A stretch of DNA of 64,000 nt, taken from the NCBI GenBank assembly GCA_964019425.1, contig OZ025798.1, positions 744,001 to 808,000 on the forward strand, written 5' to 3'. Numbering within the stretch: position 1 is the stretch's first letter; every line of letters starts with the position of its first letter. Of the stretch, positions 10,397 through 21,500 are shown one piece after another. Below the pieces are notes generated by a model. That model was given only the letters and a program-made list of their open reading frames with translations. It did not search any database and was not told the origin of the DNA. Source of the DNA: Flectonema sp. DT1601. Its lineage: Eukaryota. The position numbers were made by a program, and so were the translations under genes.

Positions 10397-10649
10397 GTAG
10401 CATTTAGTAGGAGTAGGCTTGCCAATTTCGTATCGTATCAAAGGTCCCCCCTTTCTTTTTTTCTTTTTTAAAAAATGTGTCAACACCCTTTTAGATTGTC
10501 ATCCCTCAGTGGGAAATTCCTTAATTTTTTGTATAATAAAAATATTCAGATAAGAGTTTTAGATTATTGTTAACAAACAATCCTTGGGATCCTTTTTTTG
10601 TTATTATTTTTTTATTGTCCGCAGGCATCTTTTAAACTTTATCATAATA

Positions 10650-12262
10650 ATGAAGTCCGCAAGACAAGCATCGAAGCAGGTTCTGGGAAGAAGAACCTAC
10701 GCGTCAGGTAAGGATATTAAGCATGGTATCGAAGCCAGAAGAGCTATGTTGGATGGAGTTGAGAAGTTGACTAAGGCTGTTGTTGTTACTTTGGGACCAA
10801 AGGGAAGGAATGTTATCATCCAGCAGCCATACGGATCACCAAAGATCACAAAGGATGGAGTCACCGTCGCCAAGGCCATCGAATTCGAGAACTCTTTCGA
10901 GAACTTGGGAGCTCAGTTGGTTAGACAGGTTGCTAACACCACCAATGACCTCGCTGGAGATGGTACCACCACATCAACTCTTCTGTCATGCGCTGTCTTC
11001 AAGGAGGGTTACAAGGCGGTTGCTACCGGAAGCAACCCAATGGACTTGAAGAGAGGTATGGACCTCGCCGTCAAGGAAGTCTTGGCCTCCCTCTCAGAGC
11101 AGTCAAAGCACATCACTACCAAGGAAGAGATCGCACAGGTTGCCACCATCTCCGCAAACGGAGATGAGGAAATTGGTCAGCTCATCAGCGACGCCATGGA
11201 GAAGGTTGGTAAGGAAGGAGTTATTACCGTAGCTGACGGTAAAACTCTTGAGAACGAGTTGGATGTTGTTGAGGGAATGTCATTTGAGAGAGGATTCGTC
11301 TCCCCATTCTTCGTCACCAACAACAAGACGCAGAAGGTTGAGTTCGACGACGCCTACGTACTCGTCAGCCAGCAGAAGATTTCATCGATCTCTTCGATCC
11401 TTCCTGCCCTTAACTTCATCGCTCAGTCAAACAAGCCTTTGATCATTGTTGCTGATGACATTGAAGGAGAGGCACTCACCACTCTTATCTACAACAAGAT
11501 CAATGGAAAGATTAAGGTCGCAGCAGTAAAGGCTCCAGGTTTTGGAGACAACAAGACTAACACCCTTCAGGACATCGCAATCTTCACTGGAGCCACCATG
11601 CTCAGTGAGGACGCTGGTACTACCATCAAGGACCCATCGGACTTCAACGAGTCGATGTTGGGACAGGCCAAGAAGGTTACTCTCACTAAGGATTCTACTA
11701 TCATGTTGTCAGGATCAGGTGCTGCTGAGTCCGTTCAGGAGAGATGTGATCTCCTCAAGGAGTTGATTGACGCTGAAACATCTGACTACTCGAGAGAGAA
11801 GCTTCAGGANNNNNNNNNNNNNNNNNNNNNNNNNNNNNNNNNNNNNNNNNNNNNNNNNNNNNNNNNNNNNNNNNNNNNNNNNNNNNNNNNNNNNNNNNNN
11901 NNNNNNNNNNNNNNNNNNNNNNNNNNNNNNNNNNNNNNNNNNNNNNNNNNNNNNNNNNNNNNNNNNNNNNNNNNNNNNNNNNNNNNNNNNNNNNNNNNNN
12001 NNNNNNNNNTGAGAGAGTTATTACTGAGAAGAAGGAAGGATTCGGATACGATGCACAGAACGACAAGTATGGTGACATGTTCAAGGCAGGAATCATTGAT
12101 CCAACTAAGGTTGTTAGATGCTGCATTGTTGACGCCGCGTCTGTCGCGTCATTATTGACCACCACTGAGGCTGCTATCTGTGACCTTCCAAAGCCTGACG
12201 CTCCTGCTGGAGGAGGAATGGGAGGTATGGGTGGTATGGGAGGAATGGGAGGTATGATGTAA
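10650..12262 (+). CDS. HSP60: Mitochondrial chaperonin Hsp60 (Cpn60), interrupted by an assembly gap
   Basis: Presequence-like [54 protein letters not shown]; after the gap [25 protein letters not shown] and a (GGM)n tail. The frame change is only across the N run. Confidence 0.97.
11810..12009. other. Assembly gap (200 N)
   Basis: Run of exactly 200 N inside Hsp60. Confidence 1.
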
Positions 12263-13019
12263 ATGTGACCTTTTCATCCATTTTCGATTATTCCTATCTC
12301 GAAACCAGGAAAGTTTATATGTGTGTTTTTTACGAAATAAGTTGATCTTGCTACTTACTCTTTTTTTTTGGTTTTACAAACTTATGATCTGCCTTAGTGC
12401 AGTGCAGTTATTATTTTTTTAAGTGGCAGTAGTTATCCAGACTGGGAAAGGTTATAAAGTATGGCATCTTTAGCTTGCTTTTTTTTGAAATAAGTTTTAT
12501 TTCCCTTTCATATTTTTTTTTTTTTTTTGTATTTTTTTTCGCTTTCAGAAATAGTAGTGGGGAAATCAAAAAAAAAACGAAATTATCAGAAAAAAAGAAG
12601 AAAAAGAAAAAAAAAAAGAAGAAGAAAAAGTCTATTCACGCACTGCTGTGCGGCATTGCTGTTGACGTTCATACTAAGGCGAAGCAAAATAAATAATCAG
12701 CTCTCACTCCCAAGTTTCCAGCTCCTCTCGTGTTCTTTTCTTATTTGACTTACAAAAGGAAAAGGTAAAACAGAAAAAACGAATTTCCCCCTTCGAATAA
12801 TTGGATTTAATGGTCTGGATTGCCACCTGTTGATTATCTACTGAAATCATATTATTGGAATTATGTTATATTTTATTTTATTGGTTGACAGTTGGAAATA
12901 TATGACAAGAAACAAGTTGGGATGATTTTCTAAATTATTATTATTATTTTTTTATTTACTTCGTGGTATAAAATCTATTTTCCTCTATCAGATCAGTTTT
13001 TTTTGGACCAAAAAACAAA

Positions 13020-13517
13020 ATGGGAAAGCCACGTGGTATTAACACAGCTCGTAAGTTGAAGACCAGAAGAAGAACCCAGAAGTGGGCAGACAAGGACTGG
13101 AAAAAGGCTCACTTGTCAGTCTCCATCAAGGCTAACGTCTTTGGAGGATCTTCCCACGTTAAGGGAATTGTTTTGGAGAAGATTGGTGTTGAAGCCAAGC
13201 AGCCTAACTCTGCCATCCGTAAGTGCGTTCGTGTTCAGTTGATCAAGAACGGAAAGAAGATCTTGGCCTTCGTACCAAACGATGGTTGCCTTCACTTCGT
13301 TGAGGAGAACGACGAAGTCCTCGTCGCTGGTCTCGGTCGTTCCGGTCACGCTGTCGGTGATATTCCGGGAGTTCGTTTCAAGGTTTGTATTTATTCTTAG
13401 CCGATGTGTTAATATACTATCTACAATCATAAACATTTCAAAAAACAGATCAGCAAGGTTTCCGGAGTAGGTCTATTTGCCCTGTACCGTGAGAAGAAGG
13501 AAAAGCCACGTTCCTAG
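13020..13517 (+). CDS. RPS23: 40S ribosomal protein S23 (uS12); exons 13020-13382, 13449-13517
   Basis: MGKPRG..., [32 protein letters not shown] | [22 protein letters not shown]; 66-nt intron 13383-13448 GTTTGT..AAAAAACAG. Confidence 0.98.
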
Positions 13518-13676
13518 ATCAGAAGTGAAGGAATCGGTCTTTCCCTCACTGTTGTCTTTTCTATTTAGTCCAGAATAGCATCTGTCAGGAAAAAAAAAAA
13601 AAAAAAATTGATTGCTTCTTGTATATTGTTCTTTTTTTTAAACTTAATACTTCTTCTCCAGGGAAAAAAAAAAAAA

Positions 13677-14663
13677 ATGGATCTCAGAATACCGACCACT
13701 GATGAGTTAAAGTCTGCTCACGAAATTATTAAATCTGGAAACGGATGTCTTGCTGTTAGTGAGACCCCGCTAATAAAGTGTAATTTCAATACTCAACCCG
13801 ACCGTGAGATTTATCTAAAATTAGAGGTCTTGACTGAAATTGGAAGCTTCAAGATAAGAGGAGCTGGATACGCTTTATCAAAAATAAAGAGTTCTAAGAT
13901 CTGTAGTTGTTCAGCAGGTAATATGGGACAAGGGATTGCTTATCAATGTAAGCAATTACAGAAGACTTGTACGATCATTGTTCCAGACTCTGCTCCGGAA
14001 ATTAAAATTAATGCGATGAAGAATTTAGGAGCGACAGTTGTCAAAGTCACCTATGACGTCTGGTGGAGTATAATGGAAACAGAACAATGTGAGGAATACG
14101 CTCCTGGGCACACATTCATTCATCCGTGTGTTGATCAAGATGTTCTTACGGGAAATGGTACAGTCGGGTTGGAAATACTCTCTCAAATGAATGGGGACGT
14201 CGATTATATTTTTGCTCCATTCGGTGGTGGCTCTTTATCATGTGGAACAGCCTCAGCTGTAGGAACTGCAGCGAAGGTTATCGCAGTTGAACCAGAAACA
14301 GCCGCACCGCTTAATGAATTACTCCATCGGGGTACTGTACTTCCTGAGTCTTCATTCACTCCAACCTTCATTGACGGAGCTGGTGGTAAAAGAGTTTTCG
14401 ATCGAATGTGGCCAGTCTGTTCAAAAGTATTAGAAAGCGCTACTAAAGTCACTGTCGCTGATACAAAGCGTGCTGTAAAACTTCTTCATCAGAAACAAAA
14501 GATTGTAGCTGAAGGTGCAGGTGCCCTCTCTGTTGCTGCAGCCCTAAGCTGTCCACTTCCTCCTAAAGAGGATGGTTCAAAATATAAAATAGTAGCAATC
14601 GTATCTGGTGGTCACATAGATACTTCTGTCTTACTAGATATCCTTAATGATCCTTCTGTGTGA
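13677..14663 (+). CDS. PLP-dependent serine/threonine dehydratase / serine racemase family
   Basis: LKLE..GSFKIRGA (PLP lysine), SAGNMGQG, GNGTVGLEI, PFGGGSL, VEPE, AEGAGA, IVSGGHID. Confidence 0.92.
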   Translation: MDLRIPTTDELKSAHEIIKSGNGCLAVSETPLIKCNFNTQPDREIYLKLEVLTEIGSFKIRGAGYALSKIKSSKICSCSAGNMGQGIAYQCKQLQKTCTIIVPDSAPEIKINAMKNLGATVVKVTYDVWWSIMETEQCEEYAPGHTFIHPCVDQDVLTGNGTVGLEILSQMNGDVDYIFAPFGGGSLSCGTASAVGTAAKVIAVEPETAAPLNELLHRGTVLPESSFTPTFIDGAGGKRVFDRMWPVCSKVLESATKVTVADTKRAVKLLHQKQKIVAEGAGALSVAAALSCPLPPKEDGSKYKIVAIVSGGHIDTSVLLDILNDPSV

Positions 14664-14785
14664 AGTACTGTAACCTCCTTTACACTGTGAGTGCTTTCTA
14701 AGAGTGGAGTCTTCTCGATATGGATTGTTGATATTTCTTAACATCATTTTTATTGTACAGCTACACTTATACACGGGAGGGAATT

Positions 14786-15871
14786 ATGCAATATGGGAAT
14801 TCGGTACAACACCACCACCACCACCACCACCATCACCACCATCACCACCATCAACATCATGTTGGAAAGAACGTAAAGGTACATCATGTGAACAGAGGAA
14901 CAAACCTTCATAACTTGAATAGAAAGGATGGAAGTGTGGGATTGGCTACTAAAGGAGCAGCGTGTGCCTGTTCAAAGAGTAACAGTGCGAGTGATGTTGG
15001 TGTTCTCTCGAGTACGAAGGCAGCATCGATTCTAAAGAAAGCAGCTGACTCGTCATCTGATGTTCACATGACTGACGTCACAAAAGCACTCCAATCGGAT
15101 TTAAAAAAGTTTCAACAACACGAAGTGAAGTTGAATTCTAAAGTTGCTGCTATTGAGCATCCCGTAATTAATATAAATCACCATCACCGTCATCATCAAC
15201 AGTCTAGTGCGGTGGTTAAAGATCTCGCGGCTGGTTTATTAGATAGCAACATGCCCACAAGTACTCAACTGAAGGCAGCTAAAGTGGATTCAACAATAGC
15301 AAGAAAAAGAGATGTACTTCACTCAGAAGTTCATCACAAACACTTTTCTAATATAAAACAAAATCTCGATTCTGAAATGAGGAATTTAAAAATTGAAAAT
15401 TGTAAAGTGAAGGATGGCCCTGGCTGTCATCACCTCCTTCACAAAGCTAAGGAACTCGACACTTCATTAAAGGCGAATGTACTTCCCATAAGAGAATGTA
15501 ACGTAATTGATAGTAAAGTAAATGTTAAAGGTAAGTCACACCATGTGAATACAAGACAATGTGTTCCAAATACGTCTGCGGGTGACTCAAACTCGCTTGA
15601 TGTTTCTCTTTCAGCAGTTCCAAAAATAAAATCACTCAGTACGGATCTACAAGCTACTCTACCAGGGACTCACACGATTCCTTCACATGTTAATGTACCA
15701 GACTATAAGCTTCAGATATCGGGATTGAAACTACAAAATGCAGAGCTTCAATCACAAGTCAATTCACTTACTTTTGCTAATAAAGATTTGCAACATGAGT
15801 TGGATAAAACGTGTTTACATACTGTTGAGGGTGTGTTTGATGTTTGTTCAAAAAGAGGGGGAAGTTTATAA
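14786..15871 (+). CDS. Histidine-rich protein with N-terminal 14xHis and C-terminal coiled coil; function unknown
   Basis: ATG 14786 after a pyrimidine tract + AG (14760); poly-His encoded by mixed CAC/CAT; heptad-like LQISGLKLQNAELQSQVNSL. Confidence 0.7.
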   Translation: MQYGNSVQHHHHHHHHHHHHHHQHHVGKNVKVHHVNRGTNLHNLNRKDGSVGLATKGAACACSKSNSASDVGVLSSTKAASILKKAADSSSDVHMTDVTKALQSDLKKFQQHEVKLNSKVAAIEHPVININHHHRHHQQSSAVVKDLAAGLLDSNMPTSTQLKAAKVDSTIARKRDVLHSEVHHKHFSNIKQNLDSEMRNLKIENCKVKDGPGCHHLLHKAKELDTSLKANVLPIRECNVIDSKVNVKGKSHHVNTRQCVPNTSAGDSNSLDVSLSAVPKIKSLSTDLQATLPGTHTIPSHVNVPDYKLQISGLKLQNAELQSQVNSLTFANKDLQHELDKTCLHTVEGVFDVCSKRGGSL

Positions 15872-16069
15872 AGAAAAGGATCCTATCTATTGGAGTCGAG
15901 AACTTTACACCAGCTTCAGTAGATTCCTACAAAAGCAAAAAAAAAAAAAAAAAAAAAATCGCTCGCAATGTTACCATTTTCGTTGTAATTACAATCGACT
16001 GGATTTAAAATTATTTTTCTTCCTTCCTAAGAAAAGGGTTTTCTAAGATAAAATGAGTCGTTGGGTGAA

Positions 16070-16100
<31 letters not shown>

Positions 16101-16159
16101 GATAATTATCAACTTTTTTTCACAGGAAAAAAAAAAAAAAAAAAAAAAAACTTCTGGTC

Positions 16160-16447
16160 ATGAATTCCCAACCCGCTAAAATCGTCATCATAGGTGACGG
16201 AGCGGTGGGTAAGACTACATTGCTTTGGAGATGGGCAAAGAAAGAATTTAAACCGGATCATGAACCAACTGTATTTGAAAACTATAAAACATCTGTACCA
16301 GTTTCTGGTCCTCAGGGTGATCGGCAATTGAAGCTTACACTATGGGACACTGGTGGTCAGGAGCCATTTGATAAGTTAAGGCAATTGAGTTATCCAGGAA
16401 CTCATGTATGGGTTTTTTAAATTGTTTTTTATAAGGGAAATGATTGG

Positions 16448-16480
<33 letters not shown>

Positions 16481-16867
16481 AGATTTTCCTCGTCTGTTTT
16501 GCTATTGACAATAGACTGTCGTATGAGAACATTAGACAAACGTGGATACCCGAGATTAAGTCTCAACTCACCTCAACAACAAAAATTATTCTTGTTGGAA
16601 CAAAAGTCGATCTACGCACCACTGACGGTGGCTCAGTTGTTGAAAGTGAAGGAAAAGCCCTAGCTGAAAGCATTAAAGCCGACGCATATGTTGAGTGTTC
16701 AGCTAAAAACGAAGTAAACGTAAAAAAAGTATTCGATGAGTCAGTTAGAGCCTATTTAAAACAACAAACTCAGGTATGTATTTATCAGCAGGAACTTATG
16801 ACCACGAACACGATCAAAATAAATAAAACAGCCGCCTAAAAAGAATGGCCCTTGTGTAATACTTTAG
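16160..16867 (+). CDS. Rho/Rac-family small GTPase; exons 16160-16405, 16483-16773, 16832-16867
   Basis: GDGAVGKT, PTVFENY, LWDTGGQE, LRQLSYP, VGTKVDLR, YVECSA. Splicing introns 16406-16482 and 16774-16831 restores SYPGTHIFLVCF and gives the C-terminus PPKKNGPCVIL* (CAAX). Confidence 0.95.
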
Positions 16868-17646
16868 ATTACCAGAGTGGAACCAATTACCATCTCTGTG
16901 TCACATTCCCCTTCAACTGATGATAGATTGAGGGATCTGTGAAGGTTTTACTCGACGGAAAAAGCACGATAGCAGGCAACAGCCCATTAATCGGCAAAGA
17001 ACAGAGATAGATTTATTTTTGCTTTCTTTTGATCATGATTGCGGTTATTCTGATATTATTTATTATGGTGCGGTGCGATTCATCTACTAAAAGGGCTTAC
17101 CTTTAACATTCACATAGCCATTCCATTCCATAAATGAACCGATTTTTTGTGGTAAGGCGTGTGTGTTGTCCGCAGGTATCTACTCTGAAGCGAAAGAATG
17201 GTTGTGACTGTTGCAGGGTGGCTCAACCCAGCAGCGAATCGAGGGGACGGGGGTTTTCTCTGTATCCTTATTTTTTTGTGCTTGCGAGGGGTGAGGTAGC
17301 ATTCTTTCCCTTGCCCCTTGTCCGGCAAATAGCAAAAAAAAGAGGAGGGGAAAAAAATAGAATAAAAAAAAAAAAAAAAAAAAAAAAAAGAAAAAAAAAG
17401 AAGAAAAAGATATCCCGTACCCCCTTTGCAATGACATGTAAAAGAACGTTCTTTGTACTTCAATACAGGGAGTAGAAGCTTGCCCCTCTTTCCCAACCCG
17501 GCCTGTTTGTTTGATCTGTTCACATACCCGTGTGGTTTAAAACCAAACTTTTCGCTCATGTTCGCACCTCCTGCCCCCTTTTCCTTACTTTTCAAGGGTG
17601 ATAATACTGTGTGTTTGCTATGCTGTGTGTGTGTTGTGAATGTTTG

Positions 17647-17681
<35 letters not shown>

Positions 17682-18549
17682 TTTATTTTATTCGATTCCT
17701 TTTATTCCCGAACTCGCCCACCCTTACCCACCCTCCCCAAAAGCACCAAATGAAAAAAAAAGAAAAGTGACGGAGTACGTCAAACAACTATTGATAAAGT
17801 TACTAAACAAGTTCCCTATTTTCAATGTAGAAGTGACCATCATGTTGAGGAGGTACACATGCTCTGTACTGTAGACTACTAGTTCACAGTCCGTTTTATT
17901 TTTCCCCTTTTTCTTGTGGTAAAAAACTCATGTGTATATTTTGTATTTTTTTTGCTGCTTCGGTGATTGAACAAAGAGAATCCAAACAGCGAGGGGGAAA
18001 AAAAGAAAAAAAAAAAAAGAAAAATGTTAAGAATGAGACCTATCTTAATTCTCACACACTTGGCATTAACGGTCTGGTGAAGTGATGGTTTCAGCATCGC
18101 TTAGAATGACTAAGTGAATAATAAAAGGCTAATTATAAAGGAGGAGGGTTATTTGGTGTGCTATTTTTGACCAACAACAAAATACATTCCTCCACGTGTC
18201 ACAAACAAAGTATACGAAACCAGGATAAAGAAAACGGTGGTTTTTAGTTGTTGTTTTTTTTTACATATATTTTTTTATTTTCCCTTCCCCGATTTTTTCT
18301 TTTTTTTTTTCTCATCGACTTACTCTCTCCAACAGCATTGCCAAAACAGACTTATGTGTTTCGATATATTCATTTATTTTGAGATATGAAAAAAAAAAAA
18401 TTATTATTATCTTCTCCAAAACAGCATTTTCTAACACCCCTAGCGCGCCCGACTTACTTAACTTGGAGGTCAGAGTCAAACCTAACTTTCTTTGACCCGA
18501 GTTCCCCTATCTTGCGACTACACATAGCCCTATCCTATCGTACAATAAA

Positions 18550-21500
18550 ATGTCGCATATGACGGGAAGTGATCCGGCGCTGCTGGGATCTGTTGTTGAT
18601 AAAATGAGATCGTATCTGCAAAAGATTTGCATTCAAGGAACCATATCCAGAAATAATGTGAGAGGACCATGTGCTTGGTTAATGGACACATTCGAAGATG
18701 AAGTTAGAAAACACGGCATGGAAAGGAGTAAAATTCCTGGACACTACGGCTATCGAGAACCCAACGATTTCTATTTCCCATGTATATTACAATGTGTAAA
18801 AATTGTTCATACGATTGCCTCGAAAGATAAAGGAGGATGTCTAAAACAGAGTACTGGTTGTTATCGTTCCCTAACTATCATATTATCAATGCATAATGTA
18901 CTCACAGACTTATTAGTACGTCCATCAAAGGAGTACGAGGAAGTCTCATCAGAATGCCACGCAGCACTCCTTCAAGTTGAACACACCTGCATGGAAGCTC
19001 TTTATCAGCTTGTGTCATCATCAAAGTCTCCACCTAACTCTGCTTGGAGTGAATTAGAGCACTTAAAAGATTGCAGTGGTAACAGCTACCACTACTGTTG
19101 GGATACAGTTCCTCCAAAGGCAATCAAACACAGCTTAAATAGTATTGCATACGGTAAGATCGGAGCATCGTCATATCGAAAGATGATTGAAATAAGAGCG
19201 TGTTTGAGAGGATCAATCATTCCGTGGAAAACTATTTTAACGAAGTTGGTTACCGAAACAAAAGATCCTCGCCGATGTGCAGAAATGCTACTTTGGGAAG
19301 CATCAACCAGTGGAGGTAAATATGCGCCAACACCCCTGCCGAGTATTGAGGTTCCAGTTTTGTTAAGAAGATGTGCTGATGGTGTGCCGCCAGAAATGAT
19401 TTGGGAATTTCTTGAAGACCCGTCACTTCCTTCTAAAGCAGCTGAGGAACACTTAGCATCACAACAGCCGGGATATTCTCTTGAAGGTAAATGGGTTTAT
19501 GGAGGATCATCGAACTACACAATTGACAGACGTGATGATCAACTTCAATGGTCAGAAACAACTCACTCAAGAACTCTTGAAGGAACTGTAAGACCAGCTC
19601 GTGATGAAGGACAACCAAACATCCCACCTTCATTTCCGGGTGCTCAGTGGTCAGCCTTTTTAAGCAACGGAGGCGCTATCTTTCTAAGAGTTCTGGGACC
19701 ACACGCACTGGAAAGTATTTATAAAGACAACGCTGAGTCAAACAGTTCTGGTCTAAAGACTGTCGCTACTAAGTCAATGGAATCATCAAAGGATACTGTC
19801 GTAGGGTACTGTTCAAGGTTATTACAGACTACATTACAGGCTCAACCTAATCCTGATTATGTTGTGAGATTTAAGAAAGTGGTTGAAGGATTACCGCAAC
19901 TGGCTGAAGGATTTGTTGATCATCTTGAGAAACGTTTTGATGTCAGATATTGTAATCCAGCTACGATAGTTTCTATGTTAATGGCTATTCCGAATAGTGG
20001 TGGTGGGAGTGGAGCTCCACCACCACCAGGAGTACCTCCAGGAAGAGGTAATCAAGGAGTTAGTCAGAGCAAGATATCTGGTCCTAATGGTTTCTTAAAA
20101 CGTCAGTCTCAACGTCGACCATCTATAAATTTATTTTCGATTATCGCTGAGGGTTTGGAGATGGGAATGCCAATCGCAGCTCAAGACTGCATGACGATGA
20201 TTAAAGAAATATCACAGAGTTCATTTGGTGCACCTGACCCTGCAGGAGTTTTATTAGTGATGTCAGCCTCAGGGAGAACTGATTTCGATGGGATTTGGAA
20301 TTGGAATCACGGGTATCAAGAAAAGGATTACGAGTGCGCATTTGAAATTTGCAGCCACCACATCCGTTGTGTCCATCCCCAACTAGCTTCTGCTTCAATA
20401 ACAGGCATCGAATACGGTGGTGACTCACTTGAGTTTAATATTGTTCTCAGATCTGGAGAACACGGAGCAGCAGTACCAAATGCAAACAATTGCGAACTCG
20501 CTCAGGACCAGAATATGGAAATTGGAGACAGAGTACGAGTACGAGACCACGCAACGACCGACTGGAAACTCGGAATTGTCACCCAAACAGAAGAACCTGC
20601 GACACAAAAAGCAGAAGTAAAAGTTAGAATTGACACAATGCAAACACCATTCACTTGGGTGTATATTCAAAAGGTTATCGCACCACCACCTGTTGAAGGT
20701 GGAGGAGGAGGTAGTAGTAGTTCTGCGTGGAATAGTGCTATCAAAGTAAGAATGTTTCGCAACCCGCACACAAAGAAATACTACGGAGACTGGAAGGATT
20801 GGGGAACTGAGAATGACTGTTTGTTCGTAGAGTCTAACACTTCATCACCTGAAGCTGGTGGTTATCATATCGGACAAGTTGGTTGTGAATTATTATCTCC
20901 TGTTATTCAAGAATGGATCTCAAGATGGGATCCACGTGGATGTGGAAATCGAATCTTCAACAACGCAACTGACCTCGTTGAGCAAGTAATCAACGGTGAC
21001 ATCTATCAAAGAGATATTCTACTTCCTTCATACTGGGAATGGTTTATTGTCAGACTTATTAGTAACCATTTTCGATTCGTAGCTGACCTTGACGCCTGGG
21101 TGTTAGGAGGTGATGAGGGACTTCAAACACTGGATGGTGACAGACAAAGAGCTGCACAAATACTTCTGAACTGTTACATCAGCAATCGAAGAGTTGATTG
21201 GACATCAACACCTATCGACATAAAGAAGTTAACACCTTTAGGAAAAGTTTACGGAGAACGTATGATAAAGTTCATTGATGAGGTCATGAAAAGTCAAGTA
21301 GAGCTTCAAGAACAGATTGATAATAAAATGTTATCTCGTTCACAGAATATTGAGTTTGAGCGTCATCACGTTATCCTTGAAGCGAATGGTATTCAGTTAC
21401 ACTCTCAAGAGAATATTGAAGCAGTTAATAAAGTTCTTAGAGGAGTAGAACACACTACAGCAATGCTCAGAGAGTTAGTTGATAGGTGGGGAGTAACTGG

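Noticed and set aside
11767..12262. Frameshifted or pseudogenised Hsp60
   Set aside because: The frame change occurs only across the arbitrary 200-N gap; both flanks are intact.
17110..18097. ORFs with poly-Phe/poly-Lys (also near 699, 12475, 38497, 45122, 46946, 55293, 60778)
   Set aside because: Translations of homopolymer A/T runs in intergenic or UTR DNA.
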